A DNA stretch of 64,000 bases, taken from the NCBI GenBank assembly GCA_045122255.1, contig JBGVHJ010000130.1:2208-66207 (forward strand). Direction: 5' to 3'. Origin of the DNA: Eubacteriales bacterium (GTDB lineage Bacteria > Bacillota > Clostridia > Oscillospirales > CAG-272). Positions 53,811 to 62,453 of this stretch are shown here, one piece after another; positions within the stretch are counted from its first letter, which is position 1; every line of letters begins with the position of its first letter. A model generated the notes under the pieces. The model was given only the letters and a program-made list of their open reading frames with translations. It was not told the origin of the DNA and ran no database searches. Both the position numbers and the translations under genes were made by a program.

Positions 53811-54077
53811 TCAGTCTGTAATAAATCCGTTTTCAGTAAGCTCGGAAACGACCTTTTCAACGTCGGCGAGAGCAACAGAACGCTCAACGTCGTATTCCTC
53901 GCAGATCGCGTCGCAGATCTCAGACGTGGAAAGTCCTTTTTCAATCCCCTTCCAGACCGCCGCGGCAGTATCGTTGAGCTTGATCATTCCGCGAAAGCTT
54001 CGGCTTGCCTCACCCACGGCAACCACAACGTAGTTTCCCATAACGCGGCGAAGCACAAATCCTTTTTTTATTTTCAT
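53811..54077 (-). CDS. PqqD family protein (RRE-type peptide-binding chaperone)
   Basis: An 88-aa ORF. KKGFVLRRVMGNYVVVAVGEASRSFRGMIKLNDTAAAVWKGIEKG..SEICDAICEEYDVERSVALADVEKVVSELTENGFI is the typical PqqD-like pattern. Confidence 0.75.
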   Translation of the reverse strand: MKIKKGFVLRRVMGNYVVVAVGEASRSFRGMIKLNDTAAAVWKGIEKGLSTSEICDAICEEYDVERSVALADVEKVVSELTENGFITD

Positions 54078-54104
54078 AACTATAAATTCCTTTTGGGACT
54101 TTAA

Positions 54105-55883
54105 TCAGTTGAGAGACTCAAATTCCTCAAGAGCCGCCTTAAAGGAAGCCATGCAGGAATTGAACGCGTCCATCTTGGTAAGGTCAACGCCTGCGAGCTT
54201 GAGAAGCTCTACGGGGCTGTCAGATCCGCCGGAGGAGAGGAACTTGAAGTAATCGGCAACCGCCGCATCACCCTCGTTATATATTCTCTCGGCGATAGAG
54301 ACCGCGGAGATGATACCGGTAGCATACTTGTATACGTAGAAGCCTCTGTAAAGGTGAGGAATTCTTGCCCACTCGTATGCGATCTCGGGATCACTTACGA
54401 CGCTTCTGCCGTAATATTTCTTGTTAAGGTTATAGTATACCTCGTTAAGAGCATCCTTGGTGAGAGGCTGACCCTTCTCTGCCATATCGTGAGCGATGTA
54501 CTCGAACTCGGCAAACTGGGTCTGGCGGAAGAGTGTGCCCTTAAGCATATCCATGTAGTAGGAAAGGAGATACTTCTTAAGCTTTTCGTCGGTAGTGGTC
54601 TTGAGCAGATACTTGAGCAGAAGCACCTCGTTAACGGTGGAAGCGACCTCGGCTACGAATATCTTATAGCTTGCCTTCTCCTGAGGCTGATTCTTCTCGG
54701 AGAAGTAGGAGTGCATTGCGTGACCCAGCTCGTGAGCCAAAGTAAACACGTCGCCGGTAGTCTTCTGATAGTTAAGAAGCACGTAGGGGTGAGGGCAACC
54801 GTAAACGCTTGCGCTGTAAGCTCCGCTTCTCTTTCCGTCGGTCTCCTCAACGTCGATCCAGCCGTTATCGTGAGCCTCCTGAAGAAGTGCCTGATACTCG
54901 GTTCCGAGAGGAGCAAGACCTTCCTTGACGATCTTGAATGCTTCCTCGTAATCTACCTTTATTTCAGCGTCCTCGATGGGAGAAACGTAGACGTCGTACA
55001 TATGGAGCGACTTAAGACCCATAAGCTTTTTCTTATCTCTGTAATATCTGTGAAGCAGAGGCAGACCCTTCTTAACGCTCTTGAGAAGGTTCTGATATAC
55101 CTTTACGCTTACGTCCTCGCTGTCAAGCGCCTTTTCGAGAGAGGAATCATACTTTCTCGCGCGTGCGAGGAAAACGTCCTTATCAACGTTGCCAACGTAT
55201 GCGGCGGTAATGGTGTTGATAAGTCCGATGTATGCCTTATAATACGCTCTGAAGGTGTCGCGGCGAACCTTGCGGTCGGGGGAGTGCAGGAGCACACCGT
55301 ACATACCGTGGGTAAGCGTTACCTTTTCTCCGTTCACCTTAATGGTGGGATAGGGGAAATCGGCGTTGTCGATCATGGTGAACACCTGTCTGAAGCCGTC
55401 GAAGATTCTGCTTTCCTGAGAGAGCAGCGCCTCGATCTCCTTGGAAAGAACGTGAGGCTTTCTCTTGATGATCTTGCGGATGGTGTAATCGTAGTCCTTG
55501 AATCTCTCGTCTGCCGCAAGCTTTTCGAGAGTCTCGGTAGGAAGGGCGGTAAGCTCGGGATCGATATATGCGATATTGCCCATCAGCTTCATTTCAAGCA
55601 CGTCGAGGCGGGAGAGGAGCGCAGAAAATTCCGAGCTTCTGGTGTCCTCATCGTGGCGCATAAATGCATAGAGACCGAGAAGGCTGAGATCCTTTGCGAC
55701 CGCATTCACACCCTCAAGGCACTCGTAAAGCAGATCGGGATTGGAGAGCTTGCCCTCATACTGTGAAAAATCCAGCTTTTCGGCAACCTCATCGTAAACC
55801 TTATTCCATTCTTCAACACTTTCAAATATGTCTTCAACACGCCATTTAAGGTTGGCGGGAACCTGACTTCTTTCTTTTCCCAT
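54105..55883 (-). CDS. pepF: oligoendopeptidase F (M3B)
   Basis: It has the HELGHAMHS zinc motif and family-typical length. GGAGG lies 8 nt before ATG 55883. Confidence 0.9.
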   Translation of the reverse strand: MGKERSQVPANLKWRVEDIFESVEEWNKVYDEVAEKLDFSQYEGKLSNPDLLYECLEGVNAVAKDLSLLGLYAFMRHDEDTRSSEFSALLSRLDVLEMKLMGNIAYIDPELTALPTETLEKLAADERFKDYDYTIRKIIKRKPHVLSKEIEALLSQESRIFDGFRQVFTMIDNADFPYPTIKVNGEKVTLTHGMYGVLLHSPDRKVRRDTFRAYYKAYIGLINTITAAYVGNVDKDVFLARARKYDSSLEKALDSEDVSVKVYQNLLKSVKKGLPLLHRYYRDKKKLMGLKSLHMYDVYVSPIEDAEIKVDYEEAFKIVKEGLAPLGTEYQALLQEAHDNGWIDVEETDGKRSGAYSASVYGCPHPYVLLNYQKTTGDVFTLAHELGHAMHSYFSEKNQPQEKASYKIFVAEVASTVNEVLLLKYLLKTTTDEKLKKYLLSYYMDMLKGTLFRQTQFAEFEYIAHDMAEKGQPLTKDALNEVYYNLNKKYYGRSVVSDPEIAYEWARIPHLYRGFYVYKYATGIISAVSIAERIYNEGDAAVADYFKFLSSGGSDSPVELLKLAGVDLTKMDAFNSCMASFKAALEEFESLN

Positions 55884-56078
55884 TTTTATGTCCTCCAAAA
55901 ACTTAAGGAAGATCGGATCTTACCGATCAATTATCTAATTATAACACACAAAAAGTATTTTTTCAATAGTTAAAAATGTAAAATTTACGAAAACGGCCAC
56001 TTTTTGCATCAAAAAAGTGGCAAATTTCGCATTTTTGTTAAAATTCACTTAATATAGCGGCAAATTCGACCAAATCTA

Positions 56079-56107
56079 TTGACTCGCCCCCGGCTTTGTG
56101 GTATAAT
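56079..56107 (+). promoter_or_regulatory. asnA promoter (TTGACT-17-TATAAT)
   Basis: TTGACT is at 56079..56084 and TATAAT at 56102..56107, with an exact 17-nt spacer. Confidence 0.65.
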
Positions 56108-56157
56108 ACTGTATTGACATTTATGACCGACTAAAGTCGGTATTTTCGGAGAGAAAA

Positions 56158-57165
56158 ATGAAAAAAAGCTACATTCCCGAGGGCTACGCTCCCGTGCTCG
56201 ATGCTTATGACACACAGCGCGCCATAGCCTTCATTAAAAACACCTTTCAGGAGGAATTTGCCTCCAGCTTGAACTTAAAAAGAGTTTCCGCGCCTCTTTT
56301 CGTTACCGAGGCGTCGGGTCTTAACGATAACCTCAGCGGAGTCGAGCGCCCCGTTTCCTTTGATGTGCCTGCTATCGGAGCCGACGCGCAGGTAGTTCAC
56401 TCACTCGCTAAATGGAAGCGCCTTGCCCTCAAGCGCTACGGCTTTTCGGTAGGTAACGGTCTTTATACCGACATGAACGCAATACGCCGCGACGAGGAGC
56501 TTGACAATATCCACTCGATATACGTTGACCAGTGGGACTGGGAGAAGATAATCACCAAGGAAAACAGAAATCTCGACTATCTGAAGCTTATCGTCCGCGC
56601 TATCGTCAAGGCTATCTGCAATACTAACGACCGCCTTCACGTGCGCTATCCCCAGCTTCGCATAGATCTCTGCCCCGAGGTCTCCTTCATCACCTCCCAG
56701 GAGCTTGAGGATATGTATCCCGATCTTTCCGGCAGCGAGCGCGAGCACGCATATCTCCGCCAGCACAAGACCGCATTTATTATGCAGATAGGCGGCAAGC
56801 TGAAATCGGGCAAGCCCCACGACGGGCGCGCGCCCGACTATGACGATTGGCAGCTCAACGGCGACCTTTTCTTCTGGGACGAGGTGCTTGACCGTTCTCT
56901 TGAAATTTCTTCAATGGGTATCAGAGTTGACAGCGAGGCTCTCGACCGTCAGCTTACTCTCGCCAGATGCGACGACAGACGAGAGCTTCCCTTCCACAAA
57001 ATGCTCTTGAACGATGAGCTTCCCCTCACCATTGGCGGCGGTATCGGTCAGTCCCGTCTCTGTATGCTTATGATGGGCTGCGCCCACATCGGTGAGGTTC
57101 AGTCCAGCATCTGGGACAGCGAAACGGTAAGAGTTTGCGAAGAAAACAAAGTACCTCTTCTTTAA
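56158..57165 (+). CDS. asnA: aspartate--ammonia ligase (asparagine synthetase A)
   Basis: The N-terminus is [55 protein letters not shown] is the class II aaRS-like AsnA pattern. Confidence 0.9.
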   Translation: MKKSYIPEGYAPVLDAYDTQRAIAFIKNTFQEEFASSLNLKRVSAPLFVTEASGLNDNLSGVERPVSFDVPAIGADAQVVHSLAKWKRLALKRYGFSVGNGLYTDMNAIRRDEELDNIHSIYVDQWDWEKIITKENRNLDYLKLIVRAIVKAICNTNDRLHVRYPQLRIDLCPEVSFITSQELEDMYPDLSGSEREHAYLRQHKTAFIMQIGGKLKSGKPHDGRAPDYDDWQLNGDLFFWDEVLDRSLEISSMGIRVDSEALDRQLTLARCDDRRELPFHKMLLNDELPLTIGGGIGQSRLCMLMMGCAHIGEVQSSIWDSETVRVCEENKVPLL

Positions 57166-57209
57166 TATTTAAAAAACGGTGGATCCCGTCAAAAGGATCC
57201 ACCGCATTT

Positions 57210-57923
57210 TTATTTCATTATTCCGTACGAAGTCTCTGCCGCTTCCTTCGACATGTCACATTCAAGAAGATAGAACGGTACCCTCTCTGCAAGAGCGTCA
57301 AGAAGATCAAGAGTTTTGAGCATCATTTCTCCGTTTTTGGGAAGATATACCTGCTTCATCAGCTCATCGAAATACTCCGCAGGAGATATTTCTGTAATAC
57401 GGTTCGTCTTGCCTCTTCTCAGCAGAATGATCCCGGCGAGAGGAGCGGAAATATTATTTTTCCAATTCTCCTTGCCCGCCCACGGACAGGAATAGACCGT
57501 TACACCATCCTGAAGCACTCCAAGGATCGGCTTGTCTCCGTTGATAACCGTGATCTCATCACCGAAATACTTCATCAAAAGTCCCACGTGAGTGGATTTT
57601 CCCGTACCCGACGGAGCGGTGAAAATATAGCCCTTATCTCCAACCCTTATCGACGCTCCGTGAAAAACGAATCTGTCGAAATCGGGTAACTGCTCGGCAA
57701 TTGCCCTGTAAAGGCAAACGCATTCGCAATACCTTCGGCTGAGATTTACGTCATACTCCTCCACCTCACGGTCGATCTCCCCTTCACTAACCGAAGCATA
57801 TATATCAATTTTTTCGGAATCGCTTAAAAAGTCCTTGCAAAAAAGACGGTTGTCCTCATATCGGGTCTTCATGTTCACCGTCAATCCCGCAATATTTATC
57901 CGAAATTGAATATCATCAAGCAT
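57210..57923 (-). CDS. HPr-kinase-C-terminal-like P-loop protein (HprK-related)
   Basis: FHGASIRVGDKGYIFTAPSGTGKSTH resembles the HprK/PEPCK-like P-loop fold proteins that accompany PqqD-like genes. The assignment is tentative. Confidence 0.5.
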   Translation of the reverse strand: MLDDIQFRINIAGLTVNMKTRYEDNRLFCKDFLSDSEKIDIYASVSEGEIDREVEEYDVNLSRRYCECVCLYRAIAEQLPDFDRFVFHGASIRVGDKGYIFTAPSGTGKSTHVGLLMKYFGDEITVINGDKPILGVLQDGVTVYSCPWAGKENWKNNISAPLAGIILLRRGKTNRITEISPAEYFDELMKQVYLPKNGEMMLKTLDLLDALAERVPFYLLECDMSKEAAETSYGIMK

Positions 57924-58045
57924 AATTTAACCTACCTATAGTAAATCTAAAAAATCAGTCCTTAATAGCAAGACCCGTCGCAAAAAGCCGACGGATCTTG
58001 TACTATGATTGATTTTAAAAGAATGTAAAACGTCGCTATGTGACA

Positions 58046-58378
58046 TCAGAAGGGCTGGAAGCCAAGTCCCCAATCCTCATCTCCGTTACCAGACTCTGTC
58101 TCCTCGGTCTCTTTCTCTAAGGTCTCAGCGGTCGTGCTCTCGGAGCTTTCGGTGTTGCCGACAGTCTCGGATTCAGACTGCTCTGCAGACTCGCTCTCCC
58201 CGGCGCCGTTACTCGTCTCATCGGACGTCTCTACGCTTTCTCCGCCAACATTGTCAGTGCTCTCAGTAGTACTTTCGCTCTCCTCGGGCTTATCCGCCTC
58301 GGGAACAGTGCAGGAAGCAATAAAAAGTACAGAAAGCATCAATGCCAAAACGATAAAAAACAGTTTACTTTTTTTCAT
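58046..58378 (-). CDS. small acidic lipoprotein
   Basis: The signal and lipobox read KKSKLFFIVLALMLSVLFIASC, followed by an E/S/T-rich low-complexity region. The choice of start (58378 vs 58399) is uncertain. Confidence 0.6.
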   Translation of the reverse strand: MKKSKLFFIVLALMLSVLFIASCTVPEADKPEESESTTESTDNVGGESVETSDETSNGAGESESAEQSESETVGNTESSESTTAETLEKETEETESGNGDEDWGLGFQPF

Positions 58379-58400
58379 ATGCATCAACCCTGTTTTCATT

Positions 58401-58592
58401 TTACTGCTCTTCTTTGGGGATCTCTATTTCAACACCGTTGACCGTTCCGCCAACCTCAAAAGCATCTCCAATGGTCTCTTCGGGATCATCCTGCACGTCT
58501 CCGTTACAGCTTCCGCAAGAGGTAAGGGCAACAGATACGAGAATTGCGGTGAGAACCGCCATAACAGCGGCAATTATCTTCTTAATATTCAT
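58401..58592 (-). CDS. small lipoprotein (63 aa)
   Basis: MNIKKIIAAVMAVLTAILVSVALTSCGSC carries a lipobox. The stop lies 2 nt before the next gene's longest frame. Confidence 0.55.
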   Translation of the reverse strand: MNIKKIIAAVMAVLTAILVSVALTSCGSCNGDVQDDPEETIGDAFEVGGTVNGVEIEIPKEEQ

Positions 58593-58770
58593 AAAATCCT
58601 CCAGATTTTTTCGTTATATACATTATAACATACTAAAGTCGCACTTGTCAATAGCTATTGCGCGATTTGGCAGATTGCCGCAGATTTTGAAAACAAAATC
58701 TGCTTTTTTTGATTGCGATCGGTCGCAAAGGCAATATAATAACAGAAATGCCACAATTGTGAGGACAAAA

Positions 58771-59445
58771 ATGTTTGAAAGAAAAGAAGCTTCAAGAAAG
58801 ATCGCTTTTAAAAGAGAAGAATTGTTAAGACCGACGCTCGATACAAGGAGAACGGTCATAAGAGAGCTTTTTGAAGAGCATTCAACCGTGTGGGATGCTC
58901 TTCCCTGTCTTCGCCGTCACATAGAGCTTCACGGCGACTCATTGCCGTACGACGAATTCGACGAGATATCTGAAAGCGTTTGGGTGCACGTTTCCGCTTA
59001 CCTTGCACCGACCTGCAAGATTGAAGCCCCCGCCATAATCTGCGGAGGCGCGAAAATATGCCATTACGCTCACGTTGAAGGCTCGGTCATCGGCGCGTTT
59101 TCCACCGTAGGCGAGTCGAGCCACGTTAAAAACAGCGTACTATTCGACCGAAGCACGCTCGGAGAACACAGCTCCCTTTTCACATCGATACTGGGGTACG
59201 AGGCAATGCTGAGTAATGGCTGCCATGTAGCCGACACAAGGCTTGACGGAAAATCTGTTTTCGTCGGAATGCCTGACGGAATATATGCAACCGGAAAAGA
59301 AAGGCTTGGCGGCATAATATGTGACGGTGTCAAGGTCGGCATGTCTTGCGTTGTAAATCCCGGAAGCGTGATAGACGCATACACCAAGGTCTATCCGCTG
59401 ACCTCGGTCTCGGGATACGTTTATCCCTATTCCACCGTGAAATAA
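58771..59445 (+). CDS. left-handed beta-helix (hexapeptide-repeat) protein
   Basis: GAGG lies 8 nt before ATG 58771. The C-terminal half has imperfect hexapeptide periodicity (IICGGAKICHYAHVEGSVIGAFSTVGESSHVKNSVLF..). The track ORF 58414.. is over-extended. Confidence 0.6.
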   Translation: MFERKEASRKIAFKREELLRPTLDTRRTVIRELFEEHSTVWDALPCLRRHIELHGDSLPYDEFDEISESVWVHVSAYLAPTCKIEAPAIICGGAKICHYAHVEGSVIGAFSTVGESSHVKNSVLFDRSTLGEHSSLFTSILGYEAMLSNGCHVADTRLDGKSVFVGMPDGIYATGKERLGGIICDGVKVGMSCVVNPGSVIDAYTKVYPLTSVSGYVYPYSTVK

Positions 59446-59485
59446 AAATGAGATCCCGAGCGTTTTTTCACTCGGGATCTTAGTT

Positions 59486-59896
59486 TTATTTAACCTGCTT
59501 GAAAAATTCCAACTGCTCGCCGTCGGGACCTTCAACAAAGGCTACCTGAATAGCGATGGGTGACGGGCGCGCATCGTTGAGAGGAACGGTCTTAGGCGCG
59601 ACCGAGGGCTTTGCCCCAAGAGACACCGCCAGCTCGTATGCCGCCGGAACGTCGTCTACGGCTATTGCAAAATGCTGCCATCTTCCCTCTGCGGGATAGT
59701 CAACTCCGCGATTGGCAAAAAGCTCAAGTCTTCCGCCGTCGCCAATATCAAGCATTACTATCTCAAGCTCTCCCTCGCCCCAGCGAACTATCTCGGACAT
59801 ACCGAGAGCCTTATAAAAGGCAAGCGATCTTTCAAGAGACGTGGTGCGAAGAGCCACGTGATGAAAGCCTGCCCCTGCTATTATTTTGTTACTCAT
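59486..59896 (-). CDS. VOC (glyoxalase/bleomycin-resistance/dioxygenase) family protein
   Basis: FHHVALRTTSLERSLAFYKALGM..GRWQHFAIAVDDV is the VOC pattern. Confidence 0.8.
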   Translation of the reverse strand: MSNKIIAGAGFHHVALRTTSLERSLAFYKALGMSEIVRWGEGELEIVMLDIGDGGRLELFANRGVDYPAEGRWQHFAIAVDDVPAAYELAVSLGAKPSVAPKTVPLNDARPSPIAIQVAFVEGPDGEQLEFFKQVK

Positions 59897-59924
59897 GCCT
59901 TTTTCTCCTGTTTTTATTTTTTGA

Positions 59925-61361
59925 TTATTGCTGGTTTCTCAATCCCTTGGGATAGTGATTTTTGCAAACGTTATCGCTTATCTTGCCTCCGCCAACGGGA
60001 CAGCCGTCTATAAGCACCGCCGCCCAGCCCGAAGGCTTTCCGTCGCACTCTGCCGCTCCGTCAACGCTTATTTCATGCCCCTTCAGATATTCCGCGACCT
60101 TTTCGTCGCTCTGCTTTAACGTTACCCGCCTTTTAAACGACACACCGAACGCAGAGAAAAGCTGATGGTGCGGAGCAAATTTTCTGCCCAACAGTTCACC
60201 GACACAAACGCCTGCCGCAAACACACCGTATTTAGGCAGATCGATCTCAGGCTTCAAAAATGCCCTGCCGTTGAGGGCGATCAGCTCATATTTTACTCCA
60301 AGCGCATAATCCTCGCAAAGGTTTTCCGCGAGAAAAACAGCCGCCGACTTCAAAAGCTCGGCATCCTCACGCGACACACGCTCCTGCGCGCTATTTTTCT
60401 TTTTATTCTTTTTTGAAGAGCGTTCCTCGGACACGCCGCAATCAGCGCCGCAAGAGCGCTCAAGCACCGCAATAAACTGACCCTCGCCCTTAGAAATATG
60501 AGGATAGAATCGGCGGGTCTTGGTCATATCGTATCGGCAGCCCTCGAAGCAGATGCCGTCAGCCGTAACGCTTTTAAGCTCGGGAAGAACGTCAGAGAGC
60601 TCGAAATCGGTGAAGCTGTCAAGAAACCACTCCACGTTCTTTTCGTTTTCTTCAAGCGAAAACGTGCAGGTAGAGTATATCAGCCTGCCGCCCGGCGCGA
60701 CACACCTTGCCACGTTTGCAAGTATTTCTCTCTGCCTCTCGGCGCACATCTCTACGTTTTGAAGGCTCCATTCATCAACCGCGCGGTCATTTTTTCGGAA
60801 CATTCCCTCTCCCGAGCAGGGCGCGTCGCAAAGCACAACGTCAAATCTATCGGGATAGGTTTCGGCAAGGACCGCCGTATCAAGATTTACAACTACTGTA
60901 TTTCTGCACCCCATTCGCTCAACGTTGCCCTGCAATATCCTGCAACGCTTGGGCTCATATTCGTTGGCGACCAAAATTCCGCTGTTTCCCGCAAAAGCCG
61001 CAAGCTGAGTGGTCTTGCCGCCGGGAGCCGAGCAGGAGTCAAGAATTTTCGCGCCTTCATCGATCTCTATAGCGTGGACCGTTGCCATAGCCGAGGGATC
61101 CTGCATATATATCATTCCTGCGTGATGGCAAGGGAGCGAGCCGGGAAAAGCCTCCTCGGTATAGTAAGCACCCCTTGGAAATGCCATAGCCTTGCGCTCG
61201 ATATTTGGTGAGGAGGCTTCAAAATCCTCGGCGGTGATCTTTATGGGATTTACTCTGAACGACCTTACCGCCGCCTCGTTTTCAATCGCCGAGAACAGCT
61301 TTCCGCTCTCCTCCTCGCCTATCATGGCGATCATTCTGTTTTTAAATTCAATCGGAAGCAT
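59925..61361 (-). CDS. RsmB/RsmF-family rRNA cytosine-C5 methyltransferase
   Basis: The SAM motif is LDSCSAPGGKTTQLA and the catalytic motifs are DAPCSGEGMFRK and YSTCT. A C-terminal PUA-like extension resembles RsmF. Confidence 0.85.
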   Translation of the reverse strand: MLPIEFKNRMIAMIGEEESGKLFSAIENEAAVRSFRVNPIKITAEDFEASSPNIERKAMAFPRGAYYTEEAFPGSLPCHHAGMIYMQDPSAMATVHAIEIDEGAKILDSCSAPGGKTTQLAAFAGNSGILVANEYEPKRCRILQGNVERMGCRNTVVVNLDTAVLAETYPDRFDVVLCDAPCSGEGMFRKNDRAVDEWSLQNVEMCAERQREILANVARCVAPGGRLIYSTCTFSLEENEKNVEWFLDSFTDFELSDVLPELKSVTADGICFEGCRYDMTKTRRFYPHISKGEGQFIAVLERSCGADCGVSEERSSKKNKKKNSAQERVSREDAELLKSAAVFLAENLCEDYALGVKYELIALNGRAFLKPEIDLPKYGVFAAGVCVGELLGRKFAPHHQLFSAFGVSFKRRVTLKQSDEKVAEYLKGHEISVDGAAECDGKPSGWAAVLIDGCPVGGGKISDNVCKNHYPKGLRNQQ

Positions 61362-62026
61362 TATTTTTCTCCTAAGTCAAGCAGACTGAATATCTGATTT
61401 TTCAGCTCATCTGCATTATCCGCAAAATGCCGAGCGCCGTACTCCTCAAGAAGATCTCTGTCTCTGAATCCCCACGTCAGACTTACGCAAGGCAGACCTG
61501 CATTGGATGCGGTGAGGACGTCGACCTCCGAGTCGCCCACGAAGACGGCGCGGTCGCATTCCACAGTCTTCATAGCAAAAATAACGGGATCAGCCGCAGG
61601 CTTTCTTTGGATATCGGGTCGGTCGCCCACAGAAAAATCAACGAGATCGCCAAAATATTGCTCGCAGAGCAGCTTTACAGAGGGATCAGGCTTGTTGGAC
61701 ACCACCGCCACCGAGATCCCCTTGCCTTTAAGCTCCCTCAACACGTCAAGCACGCCGTCGTAGGGCTTGGTTGCTATAGCCGAATGCGCTCTGTAATATT
61801 CGGCATATTCGGATACGTATTTTGCAAAGGTCTCTTCATCCACCGTCTCGGGCATAGAGCATTTTATAAGATGCGCGGCGCCGTTTCCGAGATATCTCCT
61901 CACTGTCATCTTTGAGATAGCAGGATATCCGTGAGACTCCAAAAAATAATTTACGGCGCTTGTGAGATCGTCAAGCGTATCCAGAAGCGTGCCGTCAAGA
62001 TCGAAAATAACTGCTGATTTACTCAT
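61361..62026 (-). CDS. HAD-superfamily phosphatase (phosphoglycolate phosphatase-like)
   Basis: The motifs are AVIFDLDGTLLDT, VVSNK and FVGDSEVDV. Confidence 0.85.
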   Translation of the reverse strand: MSKSAVIFDLDGTLLDTLDDLTSAVNYFLESHGYPAISKMTVRRYLGNGAAHLIKCSMPETVDEETFAKYVSEYAEYYRAHSAIATKPYDGVLDVLRELKGKGISVAVVSNKPDPSVKLLCEQYFGDLVDFSVGDRPDIQRKPAADPVIFAMKTVECDRAVFVGDSEVDVLTASNAGLPCVSLTWGFRDRDLLEEYGARHFADNADELKNQIFSLLDLGEK

Positions 62027-62198
62027 TTTTTATTCCTTTAACGTAATAATTCATTATAATTTTACACCATACAAGCCGCTTTGTCAATCGGTAAAAGAAA
62101 AATCGCCCCTCTTATGTCGACAAATTTCGTAACCTCAGCCAAGACGAATTAATACAATAATAATGGAGAATTCCAATTTTTTATTTACGGAGACACCT

Positions 62199-62453
62199 AT
62201 GAACAAAACGATCAGACTGTGCGACCTCAGAGACGGCGAGGTGGCAAGCGTTAAAGAAATATATCCCGAGTGCCGCATAAGGCAGAGACTTTTCGACGTA
62301 GGACTTATCGAGGGCACGAGAGTAGAATGCGTGTTCAAAAGCCCTATCGGAGGAATGAAGGCATATCTTATCCGAGGCGCGGTCATCGCAATTCGGGACG
62401 AGGACTGTCAAAGCGTCTCGGTTGATACGGAGGATAGCTATGGGACTGACTAA
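62199..62453 (+). CDS. feoA: ferrous iron transport protein A
   Basis: LCDLRDGEVASVKEI..RQRLFDVGLIEGTRVECV..IRGAVIAIR is an SH3-like FeoA. GGAG lies 8 nt before ATG 62199. Confidence 0.85.
   Translation: MNKTIRLCDLRDGEVASVKEIYPECRIRQRLFDVGLIEGTRVECVFKSPIGGMKAYLIRGAVIAIRDEDCQSVSVDTEDSYGTD

Noticed and set aside
54354-55766. 470-aa plus-strand ORF
   Set aside because: It is the antisense shadow of pepF, which carries the HELGH zinc motif on the minus strand.
62040-62065. Fur-box-like palindrome (ATAATTCATTAT) upstream of feoAB
   Set aside because: It is only a 5-2-5 AT-rich dyad in an AT-rich promoter region that also overlaps a TATAAT. It is too degenerate to call without a genome-specific Fur motif.
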